Translations under genes and position numbers: made by a program
Shown here: positions 38,601-48,160 of the stretch, in pieces
Layout: each line of letters starts with the position of its first letter
Numbering within the stretch: position 1 is the first letter of the stretch
The notes under the pieces: model-generated
What the model saw: only the letters and a program-made list of their open reading frames with translations
Database searches by the model: none
What the model was told of the DNA's origin: nothing
Assembly: GCA_015063895.1 (NCBI GenBank)
Contig: SVTG01000001.1
Coordinates: forward strand, 13,260-77,259
DNA from: Oscillospiraceae bacterium
GTDB taxonomy: Bacteria; Bacillota; Clostridia; Oscillospirales; CAG-272
Length of the DNA stretch: 64,000 nt
Direction: 5' to 3'

Positions 38601-39371
38601 TTAGCTGTTCTGTCGCAGCACCTCAAAGGCTAGGACCGTGGCCGCGGAAGCTGCGGAAAGCGATCCGCGAAAGGCCCTGCCGTAATCGATGCGCACAACG
38701 GTATCGGCCTTGACGAGGAGGGAGGCGGAAATGCCTCGTTTTTCGCCCCCAACGACCAAAAGCAAAGGCTTTTTGAGATCGGCAACCGTATGCGATACGG
38801 CGTCGCGAATACCTGCGCACGCCACGCGGTAGCCAAGCGCCCGTGCCTCATCAATGGCCGCGTGGATATCGCCGCTGTAAAGCGGTAAGGCCTCAGAGGC
38901 ACCCGCCGAAGCACGTGCCACCACGCCTGCGGCGCTCATCCAGTTGCGCTCTCCCAGCAAAATGCCGTCACACCCCGCCGCGTAAAGTGAGCGCAGGGCA
39001 TAGCCGAAGTTGTAAGGGTCCTCGATCCCCTCAAGCAGGCAAAGAAAGCCGTCCTTGGGGAGCGTATCGACGGTTGGCGGCAAGAGTGTGCGCGTACCGC
39101 AAAGGGCAATGATGCCACCGTGTGTGTTGCCAACGCAAAGGCTATGGATCTCTTCGGCGGTGGTGGCGGTGAGGGGAATACCCAGCGCCGCGGCCTTTGC
39201 CGCAAGGAAGCCTAGCTCGCGCGCCTTTTTTTCCTTTTTCTCGGCATCATATTTGATTTCAAAAAGGGGTCTGTCGTTCACGCCCGCCTCACGTGCGGCC
39301 AAGAGTGCTGAAATAGAGGTCATGCCCTCCAGCACGTAGGACTCGCAAAAGCGTTTTTCTTCCTTTATCAT
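38601..39371 (-). CDS. TrmH/SpoU-family RNA 2'-O-methyltransferase
   Basis: 256 aa. ...LLVVGGEKRGIS... SpoU methylase motif with an N-terminal substrate-binding domain. Confidence 0.75.
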   Translation of the reverse strand: MIKEEKRFCESYVLEGMTSISALLAAREAGVNDRPLFEIKYDAEKKEKKARELGFLAAKAAALGIPLTATTAEEIHSLCVGNTHGGIIALCGTRTLLPPTVDTLPKDGFLCLLEGIEDPYNFGYALRSLYAAGCDGILLGERNWMSAAGVVARASAGASEALPLYSGDIHAAIDEARALGYRVACAGIRDAVSHTVADLKKPLLLVVGGEKRGISASLLVKADTVVRIDYGRAFRGSLSAASAATVLAFEVLRQNS

Positions 39372-39461
39372 AAAGCGCTCCTTTTGTTCTCATTGGGCAA
39401 AATTGTGCATAAGTTAAGTATAGCAGAAGTCGCGCAAAATTACAAGGGAAAGAGATAGATT

Positions 39462-39746
39462 ATGATACATTTTGTCATTTCAGATGGGCGCCGTGCCGAG
39501 GTGATCGGTCTATATATGATAGAGCACGGTGCCACGGTCCGTGCCGCCTCGGCACATTTCGGCATCAGTAAAAGTACGGTACATAAGGACGTCACCACCG
39601 ATCTGCGCCACCAAAACCCCGCGCTTTTTACGGCTGTGGCAGAGCTGCTTGAAAAAAACAAAAGCGAGCGCCACCTGCGCGGCGGCGAAGCCACACGGCA
39701 AAAATACAGCAGGGCAGAAAAGCAGAAAGATTTTTTAAAAATATAA
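39462..39746 (+). CDS. spoIIID: sporulation transcriptional regulator SpoIIID
   Basis: 94 aa. ...FGISKSTVHKDVT... HTH and ...ERHLRGGEATRQKY... are characteristic of SpoIIID. Confidence 0.85.
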   Translation: MIHFVISDGRRAEVIGLYMIEHGATVRAASAHFGISKSTVHKDVTTDLRHQNPALFTAVAELLEKNKSERHLRGGEATRQKYSRAEKQKDFLKI

Positions 39747-39752
39747 GAAAAG

Positions 39753-39785
39753 GTGCGGCTTACCGACGTAAGCCGCACATTTTTA
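39753..39785. terminator. terminator between spoIIID and the island
   Basis: GTGCGGCTTAC-CGAC-GTAAGCCGCAC followed by ATTTTTATTT. Confidence 0.8.
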
Positions 39786-39786
39786 T

Positions 39787-40458
39787 TTATTCAACGCTTT
39801 CAATGATCCTCAAGGCATTTTCAAGCCCGATCTCGGAGGGGCAGAATAATTCAAACACGTAGGTATCGGTGACCCATATTGCGGTGAGTAAGCCGTTTTT
39901 ATCGTTCATGTAAACGAGCGTTTGATTGACGTATACGGTGAAAAAAGAGGAGTTTTCAGTGTCTAAGCCAATTTTATTGTTAGAAGTTTGTTGGTAAAAT
40001 CTTATTTGATCATCATCATTTTCCCAAAGGTAGTAGTTGGAAATAGTATTTTTGTTGTTTTCTTTTTCTATGTAGTTTTCAGGTAACCAGGATGGCTTGT
40101 AATATGTGGAGATCGTATTTGATGTGTAATTGCTTTGAGGATTGCTTATCTCAAAATTGCTGTGCGTGCCAAACGTTTTGATGATAAATTCATAAACAGC
40201 CTCGCGTACGCCGCTGATGCTGAGTGAAAGTGCAAATAATAACATCAACGCCACCACTACCGTGATAAAACGGCGCTTGGCAGTTTTGACAAAGCGCCAC
40301 GTAAAACGGCGCTGCGCACGCGCCAGTCTTTCAATCTTTTTCGTGAGCTGTGGGGAGGTGATCGGCGGGCAGGAGGGCAGGGCCTCAAAAACAGCGATCT
40401 CCGCCATAGCTACACTTTGCAGCGCTTGCTTAACGTAAGAATTGGTGATGCGTTTCAT
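39787..40458 (-). CDS. anti-sigma factor-like membrane protein with DUF4367-type extracytoplasmic domain
   Basis: 223 aa with a single TM segment (ITVVVALMLLFALSLSI). ...YKPSWLPENY... is typical of DUF4367. Overlaps the sigma gene by 4 nt. Confidence 0.65.
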   Translation of the reverse strand: MKRITNSYVKQALQSVAMAEIAVFEALPSCPPITSPQLTKKIERLARAQRRFTWRFVKTAKRRFITVVVALMLLFALSLSISGVREAVYEFIIKTFGTHSNFEISNPQSNYTSNTISTYYKPSWLPENYIEKENNKNTISNYYLWENDDDQIRFYQQTSNNKIGLDTENSSFFTVYVNQTLVYMNDKNGLLTAIWVTDTYVFELFCPSEIGLENALRIIESVE

Positions 40459-40970
40459 AATTTGAGCACCTCATCAAATTTTTTTCGTATCAGCTGCTGA
40501 CCGCGTCTTAACTGGGTACGCACCGTATGGACTGAACGCCCAAGTGCTGTGGCGATCTCTTGTGGGCTAAGCTCTAAAACAATAAAGAAGGTCAACGGAT
40601 CTACGTATTGTGAGGGCAAGGTATTTATGAAAGCGATAAGCTGGTCGTAAATATTTTCAGCAGCAACCTCTTGCGCTATGTTTTGGCCGTCATCGCGGAG
40701 GTCGTCAGTCGGTGCTATGTGTGCGTGTCGGTTGTTTTCGCGCAGAATTTCAACAGCGGCGCATTTGATCACCTTTGTTACGTAAATTCTAACTTCGTTA
40801 CTATATGGATCTTGTAACTTTTTTATGTTGCGCGCAACAGCCAGCATCGCGTCTTGTACCGCGTCCTCTTGGTCCTGCGGCGAGGTTAGATATTTGCAAG
40901 CGATTTTTGACATCAAGGGTAGATACGCTTCGTATATCTTGATAAAAGTATCGCTTTCTTCTGCTGACAT
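40455..40970 (-). CDS. ECF-type RNA polymerase sigma-70 family factor
   Basis: 171 aa. Region 2 (...DQEDAVQDAMLAV...) and region 4 HTH (...SPQEIATALGRSVHTVRTQLRRG...). Confidence 0.8.
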   Translation of the reverse strand: MSAEESDTFIKIYEAYLPLMSKIACKYLTSPQDQEDAVQDAMLAVARNIKKLQDPYSNEVRIYVTKVIKCAAVEILRENNRHAHIAPTDDLRDDGQNIAQEVAAENIYDQLIAFINTLPSQYVDPLTFFIVLELSPQEIATALGRSVHTVRTQLRRGQQLIRKKFDEVLKL

Positions 40971-41128
40971 CGGTACAACCGATAATAAAATGCTAACATT
41001 GCGTCCTCACTTTTAAATAGTATCCTTATTGTAACATATTTGCGCAATATGTAAACAAAGCGATAAATTATTATGTTAAAACACCGATTTTTGGTTATTT
41101 TAAAAATTTTTGTAAAATTTTCAAAAAA

Positions 41129-41156
41129 TGAATAATTTTGCCACTTTTTCCGTTTA
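41129..41156 (+). promoter_or_regulatory. candidate ECF-type promoter upstream of the secreted-protein gene
   Basis: TGAATA (41129-41134), 16-nt spacer, CGTTTA (41151-41156). Resembles TGAAAC-N16-CGTA type ECF promoters. Speculative. Confidence 0.3.
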
Positions 41157-41188
41157 TATATATAAAAGGCAAAAAAGGAGGTAACAAA

Positions 41189-41605
41189 ATGAAAAAAATA
41201 ATAGCCTTTTTAATGTGTTTGATAGTGTTGATTACAGTTCTATCAGTTGGAGTTGTAGCCACGGATGATGTAGCACCATGTGCTAACAATGTTGCTTTGT
41301 GGGATATTGACTTCAGTATTTCTGAGTATGGCCACGCGTCATATACCGTTAAATATATAGGTTATAGCGGTATTACCACGGGCGGTTCAATTACTATTCA
41401 AATGCAAAAAAAGTTTTTAGGGCTTTTTTGGCGCGACGTTGAGGGAAAATACTGGGAATTGAGTAGCAATCAGGTAAATTATAGCTACCAAAACGTCGTG
41501 CAGCTCTCCGATACGGGTAAATACCGCATCGTGGTAAACTTCACAATTTACGGCACCGGTGGTGCTGCAGATCAGTTTGAAAAGACGGCTGAGGCCGAAT
41601 GGTAA
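41189..41605 (+). CDS. small secreted hypothetical protein
   Basis: 138 aa. ATG after AAAGGAGG. Signal peptide MKKIIAFLMCLIVLITVLSVGVVA. No family recognised. Confidence 0.6.
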   Translation: MKKIIAFLMCLIVLITVLSVGVVATDDVAPCANNVALWDIDFSISEYGHASYTVKYIGYSGITTGGSITIQMQKKFLGLFWRDVEGKYWELSSNQVNYSYQNVVQLSDTGKYRIVVNFTIYGTGGAADQFEKTAEAEW

Positions 41606-41649
41606 AAATAATTGAAAGAGGTGCAGGCCAATGGGTTATCCATATTCGG

Positions 41650-41678
41650 TTGACTATTTTTTAAAAAGATGGTATAAT
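41650..41678 (+). promoter_or_regulatory. near-consensus sigma-A type promoter upstream of rhs
   Basis: TTGACT (41650-41655), 17-nt spacer ending in TGG, TATAAT (41673-41678). Confidence 0.6.
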
Positions 41679-41767
41679 AAAGAAGCAGAGTAAACAATGT
41701 AATGTCGCTTTGCTTCTTTGATAAAAATTTGACGGGTTAAAGTCTTGTTTTGTTAAAGGAGAGTTTA

Positions 41768-44700
41768 ATGATGAAAAAAACAGTAAAACGTTTCTCATTT
41801 AAAAGTGTTACTTTTTTCTTGGCGATCATTATTGCAGTGCTTTCCTTACCTCTTAGCGTATTTGCAGCAGGGATAGCGTCCTCGGCGGAGCCGACCGACG
41901 CCGAGCAGGAGCTGCCCGAGGCTTTTGAGATTGTAGAGCTAAGAGAAGAAAGCGTCAAGCATTACCGTTTGCTGGACGGCACATACGTGGCCGCCCAATA
42001 TGATGTTGCCGTGCACGAAAAGGACGAGAACGGTGTATGGCAGGATATTGATAATTCGCTGAGCGAAACGCTGCTCGGTTATCAGACCAATAACGAGCGC
42101 GTTAAATTTGCCAAAAAATCAACCGCCTCAAAGCTTATCAAGATCAAAGACGGCGAGTATCAGATCTCATACAGTCTGATCGATGCCGAAAAGAGCGAGG
42201 CTGTGGTGCAAACGACCTCGCCCGAGGAAGAAGCTTCGGTTACCAAATTTGAGGAGCTTTCGGAGCTTTCTCGCTTGGTATCCACGGTTACCTATCAAAA
42301 CGTATTTGAAAACACCGATATAGAATACGTGCTCAAGGGCAACGCGATCAAGGAAAATATTATCGTCAAAGCGGCGGGTACCGACTCGTATAGCTATAGC
42401 TTTGAGATCAAGCTGAAAAACTTAGAGGCCGCCCTGCAGGGCGATGGCTCCATCGCTTTTACCGATAGCGAAACGGGAAAAAACGTTTATAGCGTGCCGG
42501 CCCCCTATATGTACGATGCAAACGGTATCGTATCGCACGCAGTATCTTATACGCTTACCCAAAAGGGCAACAAATATATCTTAACCGTCACCGCCGATGC
42601 CGCTTGGCTGAACGCCGAGGGGCGCGCCCTGCCCGTTGTGATCGACCCCACGCTGACCTACGGGCCACACAATAACGGCTTGGAGTCTACTTATATTGAT
42701 AGCGCAAATCCCAACACCAACTATGTCAATACCGATCCCTTACAGGTTGGCAAAACGGCAAGCGGCGTTTCCTATGCGCTGATGCGCGTGCCGCAGCTGC
42801 CGACCCTGCCCGCCAACGCCGTGCTGAGTGAAGCTAAGCTGTATTTTTCCGCTTTGTATACCTCGCAAACGGGTGCCAACGGAAAATTAACGGTTGCCAA
42901 AATAAGCACGTCGCAATTGGGTAGCTCTTGGCAGGCCAATACCGTTACTTATGCCGACTGTGCAAGCGGCGCTGTGTATTTGGATAGCATGAGCTTGGAT
43001 TTTTGGGAATTTACGTCAAATACCGAGCACAACGGCGGCACTTCTCAAGCGATAGCCTGCTATATGGATCTGACCGTGCTTGCAGGGCAGTGGTATGACG
43101 GTACGACACCCAATCACGGTGTATGGCTCTCCTTGGCAAATGCAAGCGTCGGTGACACGGTGGCCATTACCAATACCAATACCTCTACAAAACCGTATTT
43201 TACGCTTACCTATCGCGATACCAAGGGTGTGGAGGATTATTATACCTACGCTTCTTTTCCCACCGACGGAGCAGGCACGGGTTACGTGAATGCCTTTGGC
43301 GGCAATCTGGTGTTTGCTCATAACAGTATTTCCACCACCGACGAGCTTTTACCCTATACCTTGGGGCTTGTTTATAACAGCGCACTGGCAGGGAAATATT
43401 ATACTGCAGAAAATGCCAAGACCGCATTGACCTCCGCAACCACGGGCAAGGGCTTCAAGCTTTCCTTTGACGAAACAGTGATAAAGGAAGTGATCGCTGG
43501 CACTCCGTATATAATATTGGCTGACGCAGACGGCACCGAGCATTATTTTTACAATGGCTCAAATGCCGCTACGATGGACGATGAGATATATATGGAATAT
43601 TTTGATAATTATTATCGTATACGAAATGATTACGTGAAGCACACCTTGCAAACCGACATTGGTTTGAAGGTCACGTTCCGAGAAGTCATAGAGGAGCTGG
43701 TTCTCAGCGCAAATGAGGACTTGTCCGAGGACTTTACGCTTTATATTCTGCGCGGCTATGAGGTAGAGGACGACACCGGCAATTTCAAGCAATTTTCGCT
43801 TGACGGCAGATTAACGAGCATCACCGATGCCAACGGCAACGCGCGTTATTTCAATTGGCACGATGAGGGCTATTTACAAAGCATTTCACTAACGCCCTAC
43901 GGTGTGTCTGCCATCACGCAAATGACCTTCACCTACACGCCTGCGGGCAAGCTTGCCACGGCTACCAACGTGCAGACGGGGCTTACTGCGACCTTTCTTT
44001 ACGGCACCGAGGGTGCAGAGGCAGGCTGTCTTGTAGGCATCACCTACACGTATTCCTCAACCGATACCTATCAGGTGCAATTTTCTTATGATACAAGCGG
44101 CCGCCTGCAGCGCGTGACCGATACCAAAACCGCGATCAGTACCGTATATACGTATGACGAAGCAGACCGTGTGGTGCAGGTGCAGTATTACGGTGAAAAC
44201 GGTGCCGTTGGCCAAACGGCAGGGATGATATACGAGGGCAATACCACCTCGTACCGCACGGCGGGCATTGATAACGTGTACGGCAACGACGATGATATTA
44301 TTACCGTATACGTGCTTGACCGTATGGGGCGCGTTGTAACCGAATATACCAAGTGCGGCAATAAGGTCTATGGGGCTACGCAGTATTCTTACGTTTCCGA
44401 GGATAACGACAGAGCCTACCATAACTATAAAACCGTCACGGCAACGGGAAGTGCCACGACCAATTATCTCGTCAATCCCGGCTTTGACGTTAGGGGTAGC
44501 AACGCGCTGCCCGCGAATTGGAGCTATAGCGGCATCACGGTTTCCGGCACGCAAATAAAGCCTGTTTCTGGCGAGAACGCCGTTGCCGTATTGGGCGCCT
44601 ATCAGGGTAACGCTGCCACCTTGTCGCAAGAGTATACCTGTGAGGCAGGCACCTATACCTTTGCGGTATCTTACCTGCGTAAATATTTGCGGGCGGGGGA

Positions 44701-47700
44701 TATTGCGAAAATTGCCGTATACCGTCAATCGGATAACGAAGTATTGGTGTCAAGTGATAATATTACCAACAGCATTGCCGAATATCCCGACGAATGGGAG
44801 CGCGCAAGCGTGACGTTTACGCTTGCCGAGAGTACCGCCATCTACGTGCAGATAGAGCTGAGTTCAAGTGCTGCACAGTCAAATGACCCGGCACAGCTTT
44901 ACGTGGATTCCGCGATGCTGGAAAAGGCCGACGGTGCAAGCTCCTATAGCAGTATTGGTGACGGCTCCTTTGAAAGCTCCTCGCTTTTATGGGATGTGCC
45001 CTCGTATAGCGAAATCAGCGAAAGCAGCAACGCCTTTGAGGGTGCAAGCGCGCTGAAGATCACTTCACCGTGGCAAGGTACTGCGGAGCCTGCACACACC
45101 ACCCTGACGTATGACGTGGGGGTAGCCACAAGCAGCAGCAAGCCGACGTCCTTCGTGCTTTCGGGCTGGGCCAAGGCAAATGCCACCCCGAAGGGCAAGC
45201 TTGAATTGCGCGCGGTGCTGCATTATGCAGGCACCGATCACACAAGCACCTACACGGCCGAATTCAACTATCAGACCACCGATTGGCAGTTTGCCTTCTG
45301 CGTGCTGTTCAGCGAGCAGATCGAAAACTCAAACGCAAACGAATCTGTAACGTATTACTGCGTCACAAGCATTGATATTTATTGCGATTATGCGGGCAAC
45401 CTGAACACCGCCTATTTTGATAATATCTCGCTGGTGCAAAACGCGGGCTACCTCACCGAATACACCTATAATGAAAAGGGATACGTAACAAGGTCAACCT
45501 GCTCAGATGCCACAGGTGTGGAGCTGACCTATGCATCAAACGGCGTTGACGTCACCAAGCTGACAGATATTGGTGCCAACAGCTACGATATCACCTATGA
45601 CAGCAAGCACCGCCCCACCTCGTTTGTCAACAAAAACGGTGACACCGACTATACTGTTTCTTATGAATACGATAACGTGGGACACGTGACCGCCACCTAT
45701 GTAGAGGGCAGCACGGTTTCCGCCACCACCTACGCAACCGCCCCGGGGTATTTTGGCGCGATGCTGACGCACACCGATGAAAACGGTGGCACAACGCGTT
45801 ATTTCTACAACAGCAAGGGTGAGCTGACAGGTGTTGCAGACCCCAACGAAAACGGCATTGTCTATACCTATAACGCCTACGGCCAGCTGACGGGCGCACA
45901 GGTGGCAACCTACAACGCGGCAAGTGATACGCTGTCGGTAGTGCCTACGGGCAGTGACGTCGGCTACAGCTATAACGGCAAGGGTCAGCTGCTGGAGATC
46001 GAGGCAAACGGCACCGAATACGCCTTTACCTACGATGCCTTCGGCAACGTGCTGAGCATCACCGCCAACGGTCAAATGCTTTCCGCCAATCAGTATGCCC
46101 CCAACAACGGTGTGCTGCTGCAACCACCTATGGCAACGGCTTTTTCGTGTATTATCAATATGATGAGCTTGGCCGCACTGTGGGCGTGTGCTACAATGGC
46201 ACGCAAACAGCTACCTATAAATATGCCTATAACGCAAACGGCAGATCGCTACGCATACCGATACGGCAAACAACGTCAATACGAGTATACCTATGATGCT
46301 GATGGGCGTCTGCTGCTCTCGGCGATGCGCGACAACACGGGCGATACGCTGTATTTGCGAAAGCTCAGCTATGACGGTAAGGGGCGTGTCACGGCCATTG
46401 ACCGCTATTATCCCAATTCACCCGATACCGCGGCAGATACCACCACCTATACCTATACCGAGGAGGGGAATCTCGCGACCCTCACGCACAGTGGGGCAGA
46501 GCGTAGCTTTACCTATCTTTACGATGCGCTGGGGCGGTATATCGGCCACAACGCCGCCAGCACGACCAACAGCAGTGCTTGGCAGACTGTTAGTATTGAA
46601 TATGGGGGCATTAGCAATCAGGTATACGGCGCTTATATAGACGACACTAACAACACCGTAGGCGAAATGTTTTACTACGATGAGGCAGGCAATATCGTCG
46701 AGTATTATTATGTGCTCTATGACGGCAATTACTACCAATTCAATTACACCTACGATGAAAAGTCGCAGCTGGTGCGCGCCGACGTGCTGTATAGCGACGA
46801 CCCGACGCACGAAAGCTCCGCCACCTACGTCTATACCTATGATAACGCAGGCAATCGCACAGCGGTGCTGAAATATGCGTATACATGGTTTTATGAAACC
46901 CCCATGGCACCGCTTGCCACCAAGAGCTATACCTATCAGGGCAATTTGCTGGTGAGCGCTAACGGGCAGGCTGTCACGTATGACCAAATCGGCAACCCCT
47001 TGAGCTATAACGGCGCTGCGTTCACGTGGCAGGGGCGACGCTTGATGCAATATGCCAAGGGCAACCAAACCGTTTCGTATACCTACAATGCCGATGGCAT
47101 TCGCACGAGCAAGACCGTAAACGGCATCAAGCACGAATACGTGCTTGACGGCACGCAAATTTTGCGTGAACGCATTTACAGCGCCAACGGCCAATACGTG
47201 GCCGAGGAACTGCGTTATTATTACGACGGGCAGGGGCAGCCTGCGGCGCTGCGGCACGTGACCTTTAACCAAAGCGGCACCGAAACAGCCAACGATCTCT
47301 ATTATTTCAGCACCACGCTTGCGGGTGACGTTTGCCATATTTATGACGAGAACGGCACTGTGCTTGCCACCTACGTTTACGATGCCTGGGGCAACGTAAC
47401 CGAAATTCAAGAGCTTGCCGACGGCGGCACCGAGATCGCCAACCTCAACCCCTTGCGCTACCGTGGGTATTATTTTGATACCGACACGGGGTATTATTAT
47501 CTGAACTCCAGATATTACAGCGCCGAGTGGGGGAGGTTTATTAGTGCGGATGCGTACGTTTCCACGGGGCAGGGGTTAACTGGCTGCAATATGTTCATAT
47601 ATTGTGGCAATAATCCCATTAATTTCTGTGATCCTAAGGGCGAATTTTTTACTGCTATTGCAGTAGGTGGAATTGCAGCATGGAAGATAGGCGTTGCAGT

Positions 47701-48160
47701 TGTAGGTTTAATTATAGCAGCTGGTGTAGCTGCTTCAATTGCAGAAAACCCTCCTGCTTATCCCACAATTGTATCGCCCAAAATTGAAGTAAAAGTTCAG
47801 AGCGAAAGCAAAGTTGAGGATGCTGTTTCATCTATACCAAATGAAACTCCTAAAACTACCATTATATATCGTTATGGTGGATCTAATCCTGGAAATTTTG
47901 TGCCAAGTCAAAAAGATGTTTTGACTAATTCAGGGCTATCTTTTTCTACTGTTCCTCCTCCACCGGGAACTAGAGCAGTTATAACAACTATAGAAGCGCT
48001 TAATGCAACTGGCATAGTTAGAGCATATCAAGATAAGCCGGGCCATGTAAGAGTTGATCCGGTTGTTGGAACTTTGGCTGATTGGCGAGCGGGTGGCAGT
48101 GAGCATATATGTACAATTGCTGTTAAAAGCGTTTCAGTGAAGTGGTATGGAGGTAAATAA
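41768..48160 (+). CDS. Sec-signal RHS/YD-repeat polymorphic toxin (WapA-like) with variable C-terminal toxin domain
   Basis: About 2,130 aa. Signal peptide MMKKTVKRFSFKSVTFFLAIIIAVLSLPLSVFA, many YD repeats (YTYDxxGR...), the RHS core ...LNPLRYRGYYFDTDTGYYYLNSRYYSAEWGRFIS..., then ...NNPINFCDPKGEF plus a ~170-aa AT-rich tail. Confidence 0.9.
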   Translation: MMKKTVKRFSFKSVTFFLAIIIAVLSLPLSVFAAGIASSAEPTDAEQELPEAFEIVELREESVKHYRLLDGTYVAAQYDVAVHEKDENGVWQDIDNSLSETLLGYQTNNERVKFAKKSTASKLIKIKDGEYQISYSLIDAEKSEAVVQTTSPEEEASVTKFEELSELSRLVSTVTYQNVFENTDIEYVLKGNAIKENIIVKAAGTDSYSYSFEIKLKNLEAALQGDGSIAFTDSETGKNVYSVPAPYMYDANGIVSHAVSYTLTQKGNKYILTVTADAAWLNAEGRALPVVIDPTLTYGPHNNGLESTYIDSANPNTNYVNTDPLQVGKTASGVSYALMRVPQLPTLPANAVLSEAKLYFSALYTSQTGANGKLTVAKISTSQLGSSWQANTVTYADCASGAVYLDSMSLDFWEFTSNTEHNGGTSQAIACYMDLTVLAGQWYDGTTPNHGVWLSLANASVGDTVAITNTNTSTKPYFTLTYRDTKGVEDYYTYASFPTDGAGTGYVNAFGGNLVFAHNSISTTDELLPYTLGLVYNSALAGKYYTAENAKTALTSATTGKGFKLSFDETVIKEVIAGTPYIILADADGTEHYFYNGSNAATMDDEIYMEYFDNYYRIRNDYVKHTLQTDIGLKVTFREVIEELVLSANEDLSEDFTLYILRGYEVEDDTGNFKQFSLDGRLTSITDANGNARYFNWHDEGYLQSISLTPYGVSAITQMTFTYTPAGKLATATNVQTGLTATFLYGTEGAEAGCLVGITYTYSSTDTYQVQFSYDTSGRLQRVTDTKTAISTVYTYDEADRVVQVQYYGENGAVGQTAGMIYEGNTTSYRTAGIDNVYGNDDDIITVYVLDRMGRVVTEYTKCGNKVYGATQYSYVSEDNDRAYHNYKTVTATGSATTNYLVNPGFDVRGSNALPANWSYSGITVSGTQIKPVSGENAVAVLGAYQGNAATLSQEYTCEAGTYTFAVSYLRKYLRAGDIAKIAVYRQSDNEVLVSSDNITNSIAEYPDEWERASVTFTLAESTAIYVQIELSSSAAQSNDPAQLYVDSAMLEKADGASSYSSIGDGSFESSSLLWDVPSYSEISESSNAFEGASALKITSPWQGTAEPAHTTLTYDVGVATSSSKPTSFVLSGWAKANATPKGKLELRAVLHYAGTDHTSTYTAEFNYQTTDWQFAFCVLFSEQIENSNANESVTYYCVTSIDIYCDYAGNLNTAYFDNISLVQNAGYLTEYTYNEKGYVTRSTCSDATGVELTYASNGVDVTKLTDIGANSYDITYDSKHRPTSFVNKNGDTDYTVSYEYDNVGHVTATYVEGSTVSATTYATAPGYFGAMLTHTDENGGTTRYFYNSKGELTGVADPNENGIVYTYNAYGQLTGAQVATYNAASDTLSVVPTGSDVGYSYNGKGQLLEIEANGTEYAFTYDAFGNVLSITANGQMLSANQYAPNNGVLLQPPMATAFSCIINMMSLAALWACATMARKQLPINMPITQTADRYAYRYGKQRQYEYTYDADGRLLLSAMRDNTGDTLYLRKLSYDGKGRVTAIDRYYPNSPDTAADTTTYTYTEEGNLATLTHSGAERSFTYLYDALGRYIGHNAASTTNSSAWQTVSIEYGGISNQVYGAYIDDTNNTVGEMFYYDEAGNIVEYYYVLYDGNYYQFNYTYDEKSQLVRADVLYSDDPTHESSATYVYTYDNAGNRTAVLKYAYTWFYETPMAPLATKSYTYQGNLLVSANGQAVTYDQIGNPLSYNGAAFTWQGRRLMQYAKGNQTVSYTYNADGIRTSKTVNGIKHEYVLDGTQILRERIYSANGQYVAEELRYYYDGQGQPAALRHVTFNQSGTETANDLYYFSTTLAGDVCHIYDENGTVLATYVYDAWGNVTEIQELADGGTEIANLNPLRYRGYYFDTDTGYYYLNSRYYSAEWGRFISADAYVSTGQGLTGCNMFIYCGNNPINFCDPKGEFFTAIAVGGIAAWKIGVAVVGLIIAAGVAASIAENPPAYPTIVSPKIEVKVQSESKVEDAVSSIPNETPKTTIIYRYGGSNPGNFVPSQKDVLTNSGLSFSTVPPPPGTRAVITTIEALNATGIVRAYQDKPGHVRVDPVVGTLADWRAGGSEHICTIAVKSVSVKWYGGK
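46720..47538 (+). repeat. ~0.8-kb rhs core segment repeated at 48741-49557
   Basis: Encoded proteins are nearly identical from ...APLATKSYTYQGNLLVSANGQAVTYDQIGNPL... to ...YYLNSRYYSAEWGR. The first ~55 aa are more diverged. Confidence 0.9.

Noticed and set aside
47860-48157. Calling the main rhs toxin tail an ADP-ribosyltransferase
   Set aside because: Only a loose R...S-x-S resemblance exists. No catalytic E-x-E/Q-x-E is seen, so the evidence is insufficient for a family call.
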